A DNA stretch of 12,402 nucleotides from Candidatus Sumerlaeaceae bacterium (GTDB lineage: Bacteria > Sumerlaeota > Sumerlaeia > Sumerlaeales > Sumerlaeaceae), in NCBI GenBank assembly GCA_049968255.1, contig JBMFRB010000019.1, positions 1 to 12,402 of the forward strand. The letters are read 5' to 3'. Below, one piece after another: positions 9,173 to 12,402 of the stretch. The notes beneath the pieces are model-generated. The model worked only from the letters and a program-made list of their open reading frames with translations. It was not told the origin of the DNA and searched no databases. Numbering within the stretch: position 1 is the stretch's first letter; each line of letters opens with the position of its first letter. The position numbers and the translations under genes are program-made.

Positions 9173-11449
9173 TTACCACAGTCGTGCTTTTTGGGGCCAA
9201 ATGACAAGTTTTTCCAGTAAGTCGCGCTGGTCACCCTCCAGTCCAAGTTTTTCCTCTTTGTAGCGCACAACCAGTTCGCCAAGCATAGCGAAAGCAAGGG
9301 CGTGAGAAGGATCTCTTTCGAGTGCGTGCATGAACATACTTGCCGCGGGCTGCCAGAGTTGCTGTTTATACCAAAACATTCCCAGCTCATAGCAATCTTC
9401 TGCACTCTCTCTCCCACTCGCAAAACGCCAGAGAACCTCAAGTGGCGGCATAAGAGTGTTACGTCTTTCTGGTGGCAATTGGTCAGCCCATGTCAAGGCG
9501 CCCCGCCATCTCCCTAATGCGGCTTCGGACCGGTAGCCTAGGTACGCGCACGCTTCACGTGGCGTGCCGTACTCTATAGCCTCTCCTAGCCAACGGAGCA
9601 CCTCTGAGGGATTGCCTGCAAGCCATGCAGCGCTTGCCCACGCATATGCGCTCTTCCCACGCTCCCGTCGTCCCAGCCTTTGAGCTTCAATGATCAGCCC
9701 AAGCCGATCGCGATAATCTTTGACTGCCATGTCGGCTGGGCAGAGTAGTGCCAGACGGCGCGCCAAACGGTAGGCTTCGTTCACGCCGCACGTGTGCTCG
9801 ACATTGTGTAGCCACGGCCCAGCAACCTCATTTTGAAGAAGTGGAGGCATCATCATAAAGGAATCAAAACAAGCCGAACAAGTACAGTCGGCCCCGATAG
9901 TGCGCGCTCGTGCCCAATCAATAGCAAAATTGGTAGCGAGCGATTCGGTTTTCGGCGCATTCAGGAAGACCCGATTGTCTGGCTCGAAGACCAGACCTGC
10001 TCTGGCAATTCGTGCAACTGGCCGCATTGTGCGAAGCCAGGCAAAGCCCTGTTGCGTCAGAGAGCGGTGACCGGCCCATTCATTGACCCGAATGACGAGC
10101 GTACCGGTCGTTGCAGCATAAGGCCAAGGGCGGCGACAGTGGCCTTGCGCTACCAATTCGCGAACTGCTTTGTTGGCCTGTCCCCAATCATAGTTAGAAT
10201 CCGCAAAATAACGGTAACCGTTGCCCCCCAAGAACAAGCTCTCGGCTGTCAGGGGATAGGGCAGAAACATCGCCCAGTTGACAAGTGCTGCAGCCGAGAG
10301 CCACCAGACAAAGCGGCGAAGCCAGAGCAACGGCACTTGAGCCAGTAGGCCTGTACCTACGGCAAAAAGTGGAACAACTGGCAAGAGGTGTCTGACGCCG
10401 ATTTGAGCGCGGTTTAAACTGGCCACGAAAAGGAATGTGAGAGCTGCCGCCATCAGCATCGGTGGACGGCTCTTTCTCACGCGAAATGCCCAAACGGCAG
10501 AAAGAGCCCACAGGCACAACACGGGCAGCGGCGTTTTTAGCACAAGAACCGCCGGATAATACCACCACCACCCACCCTCGCGCGAACGTCCGCCAAAATA
10601 GGCGAGATTCCCCTCTTTCGCATAAGAAGCTTTGCCTAGAAGTTGATCGACAAACTCGGCAGGAAAAAAGTACCGTAACAAATTATCATGCGCAAAAATG
10701 ATGCTGTGGCTGCCTTGGGCAAAACGGAAAGCATAGCATGCCCACACGACGGCATAAGCGAGAAGGCTCATGAAAACACAGGCGATGCTCACTCTTTTCC
10801 AGCCTTGCCAGATCGTAACGGCAGGCCGCGGGCGAAAGCGCGGCCGGAGCCAGAGAGCAAACACAAGAGTCATGCCTGAAAAGATGGGGAAGAGCAGGAA
10901 ACCCGAGATTTTCGTGGCGATGGCGCCACCCAAAAACAGTCCCGTTGCAAGCACCGTTTTCCAAGTGGGGCGACGTAGCATTTCCGCATAGGAAAGCGTC
11001 GCGCCGAGTATTGCCGCCGTAACGGGCAAATCAATGGTGGCCAGAGAACCATGAGCGGTAAATTCGGGTGTGGCGACGAGTGTTGCGATGCCCAAACACG
11101 CCGCCGTTTCTCCTTGCAGGCGCCTCAGATACTCCCCCAGCCCAACCAGCAAAACCACACCCAACACAATGTTCGCTAACCGACTCGCGACGGGCGGATC
11201 ATCGGTAAACGGCACCAGCGGCTGGCCGAGAAGCACAGGCGGAAGGGCTACCCACACTTGCCCCAAAGGCGGATTATGAACTCCGCCCGCAAATCTCCCT
11301 GTCGTCAGGTAGAGGTAACCACCTGGGATATGAGCAGCGAATTCGTCGTTGACGCTGCCATTGACCAGCGCTGCCCACGTGGCGGCGAGTGCCCAAACGC
11401 ACACAAGCGCCCACCGCAGCACAGGACCTCTCGAAAACAACTTTGTCAT
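9173..11449 (-). CDS. GT-C glycosyltransferase (ArnT/PMT_2-like, GT83/GT39-related) with C-terminal TPR-like repeats, 758 aa (start revised from 11554 to ATG 11449)
   Basis: First TM followed by DE motif (NDEFAAH...GY.Y...G), HNPPL, HGSLATID, ATKISG, WWYYP...VLKTP, IGVRHLLP, ADSNYDWGQ; C-terminal YELGMFWY....WQPAA.MF..ALERDPSHALA..LG is TPR-like. ATG 11449 overlaps the upstream TGA as ATGA. Confidence 0.85.
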   Translation of the reverse strand: MTKLFSRGPVLRWALVCVWALAATWAALVNGSVNDEFAAHIPGGYLYLTTGRFAGGVHNPPLGQVWVALPPVLLGQPLVPFTDDPPVASRLANIVLGVVLLVGLGEYLRRLQGETAACLGIATLVATPEFTAHGSLATIDLPVTAAILGATLSYAEMLRRPTWKTVLATGLFLGGAIATKISGFLLFPIFSGMTLVFALWLRPRFRPRPAVTIWQGWKRVSIACVFMSLLAYAVVWACYAFRFAQGSHSIIFAHDNLLRYFFPAEFVDQLLGKASYAKEGNLAYFGGRSREGGWWWYYPAVLVLKTPLPVLCLWALSAVWAFRVRKSRPPMLMAAALTFLFVASLNRAQIGVRHLLPVVPLFAVGTGLLAQVPLLWLRRFVWWLSAAALVNWAMFLPYPLTAESLFLGGNGYRYFADSNYDWGQANKAVRELVAQGHCRRPWPYAATTGTLVIRVNEWAGHRSLTQQGFAWLRTMRPVARIARAGLVFEPDNRVFLNAPKTESLATNFAIDWARARTIGADCTCSACFDSFMMMPPLLQNEVAGPWLHNVEHTCGVNEAYRLARRLALLCPADMAVKDYRDRLGLIIEAQRLGRRERGKSAYAWASAAWLAGNPSEVLRWLGEAIEYGTPREACAYLGYRSEAALGRWRGALTWADQLPPERRNTLMPPLEVLWRFASGRESAEDCYELGMFWYKQQLWQPAASMFMHALERDPSHALAFAMLGELVVRYKEEKLGLEGDQRDLLEKLVIWPQKARLW

Positions 11450-12402
11450 CGGTGGCACTGGCGCGCGTACTGTGCAAGTATCTCCTCGAGAAGTTTCCGT
11501 CGCATATCGTCGGCTCGCAAATTCAAGTAGCGACGCTCGACCCAATCCCGGCACTCTTCAAACAGTATCGGCGTTGATTCCTTGCGCGCCTCCACCCACC
11601 CAAAGGCGATGCCTTCGCGCTGATCAAAAACTTCCGTGTAGCTTTTCTCTTTGGCACCGAAGAACGCCTTATCGAAGAGGTAACCATGTGGTCCTTCTCG
11701 AAACCAGTCGAGTTCCTCCACCGCATCCGCCAATTTACGCAACTGCTCCTGCGAAAGCTGCCCTTTCGCTGCTTTGTCGCGCACCTCAGCTACTTTGCTG
11801 CGCAACGACTCACGAAGAAATCGCACAGGCTCCGTTGTGCTCTGAGCACTTTCGAGCTTCCATCTGAAGAGAAGTCCTTTCGCCTGGGGAGGAGTTCTAA
11901 AGATATCCGGATTCTGGGCGTGATGCTCGCGAAGCTGTTTCTCGCTCGGCTTCTCTTTTGGCATCAAAGTTCGCCAATAACGCTCTCCAGCCAGTCTGTT
12001 GCGAATGAGACGCAACTTTGTCGCTAGCACCGGATTTTCGAGCAGCCCGCTCTCCCGTGCCGCCATGAGGACTTGTTGCGTCTCTATGAGCGCGGGGAGA
12101 GCCGCCCGGATGCGTTCGCGCTCGTCGCGGATGTGATTATAGGCCCAGGTCGCGTAAATATCAGCTAGAACTTGCTCCACGCTGTGGGTCGTTCCTGCGA
12201 CCGCGTAAACCCAAGCATTGCGTGGCAGGGAACCGGAAGTTTCCCAGAGTGCCTCATTGATTTGAGCGGGATAGCGCTCTTTTGTCTCTTCCGTGATGCG
12301 AGCCTGTAACGCACGCGCTTTCTCGCGGCGCAACGTTTGCCGAATTTCCTCACGGACTTCTGCAAACGGCCTGTTGCGTGGGGCGATACGCTCCTCTAGT
12401 CT
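11446..12402 (-). CDS. Parvulin-type PPIase/foldase (PrsA/SurA/PpiD-like), 5'-partial
   Basis: The frame is open to the window edge (RLEERIAPRNRPFAEVREEIRQTL precedes the track's TTG start). PSEKQLREHHAQNPDIFRTP, ELDWF, FDKAFF....SYTEVF, VEARKESTPILFEECRDWV follow the PrsA/rotamase pattern. Confidence 0.75.
   Translation of the reverse strand, partial: RLEERIAPRNRPFAEVREEIRQTLRREKARALQARITEETKERYPAQINEALWETSGSLPRNAWVYAVAGTTHSVEQVLADIYATWAYNHIRDERERIRAALPALIETQQVLMAARESGLLENPVLATKLRLIRNRLAGERYWRTLMPKEKPSEKQLREHHAQNPDIFRTPPQAKGLLFRWKLESAQSTTEPVRFLRESLRSKVAEVRDKAAKGQLSQEQLRKLADAVEELDWFREGPHGYLFDKAFFGAKEKSYTEVFDQREGIAFGWVEARKESTPILFEECRDWVERRYLNLRADDMRRKLLEEILAQYARQCHR

Noticed and set aside
9114-9200. 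Longer N-terminus of the lipoprotein given by the ORF track
   Set aside because: It overlaps the upstream gene and buries the signal peptide; the strong SD points to ATG 9113 or 9110.
11450-11554. Longer N-terminus of the glycosyltransferase given by the ORF track
   Set aside because: It would overlap the foldase gene by about 109 nt; ATG 11449 gives an ATGA coupling and leads directly into the first TM helix.

Overview
Mostly core bacterial chromosome, with no mobile element, CRISPR array or defence island visible. On the minus strand, a conserved rpsF-ssb-rpsR operon has a recognisable S6:S18-binding RNA leader and is followed by tRNA-Val(TAC) and tRNA-Asp(GTC) rather than rplI. Upstream of it is an O-antigen-ligase-family (Wzy_C) membrane protein, divergent from epoxyqueuosine reductase queG (+). 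queG meets cobalamin-dependent methionine synthase metH (-) tail-to-tail with overlapping stop codons. Upstream of metH is a co-oriented envelope cluster: a parvulin/PrsA-like foldase (5'-truncated by the window edge), an ArnT/PMT-like GT-C glycosyltransferase with C-terminal TPR-like repeats coupled to it by an ATGA overlap, and an uncharacterised lipoprotein. The best candidates for something undescribed are this foldase-GT-C/TPR-lipoprotein module (possible extracytoplasmic protein glycosylation) and a mutually exclusive alternative hairpin in the S6:S18 leader. Both are inferences from motifs read by eye; no searches or folding calculations were run.
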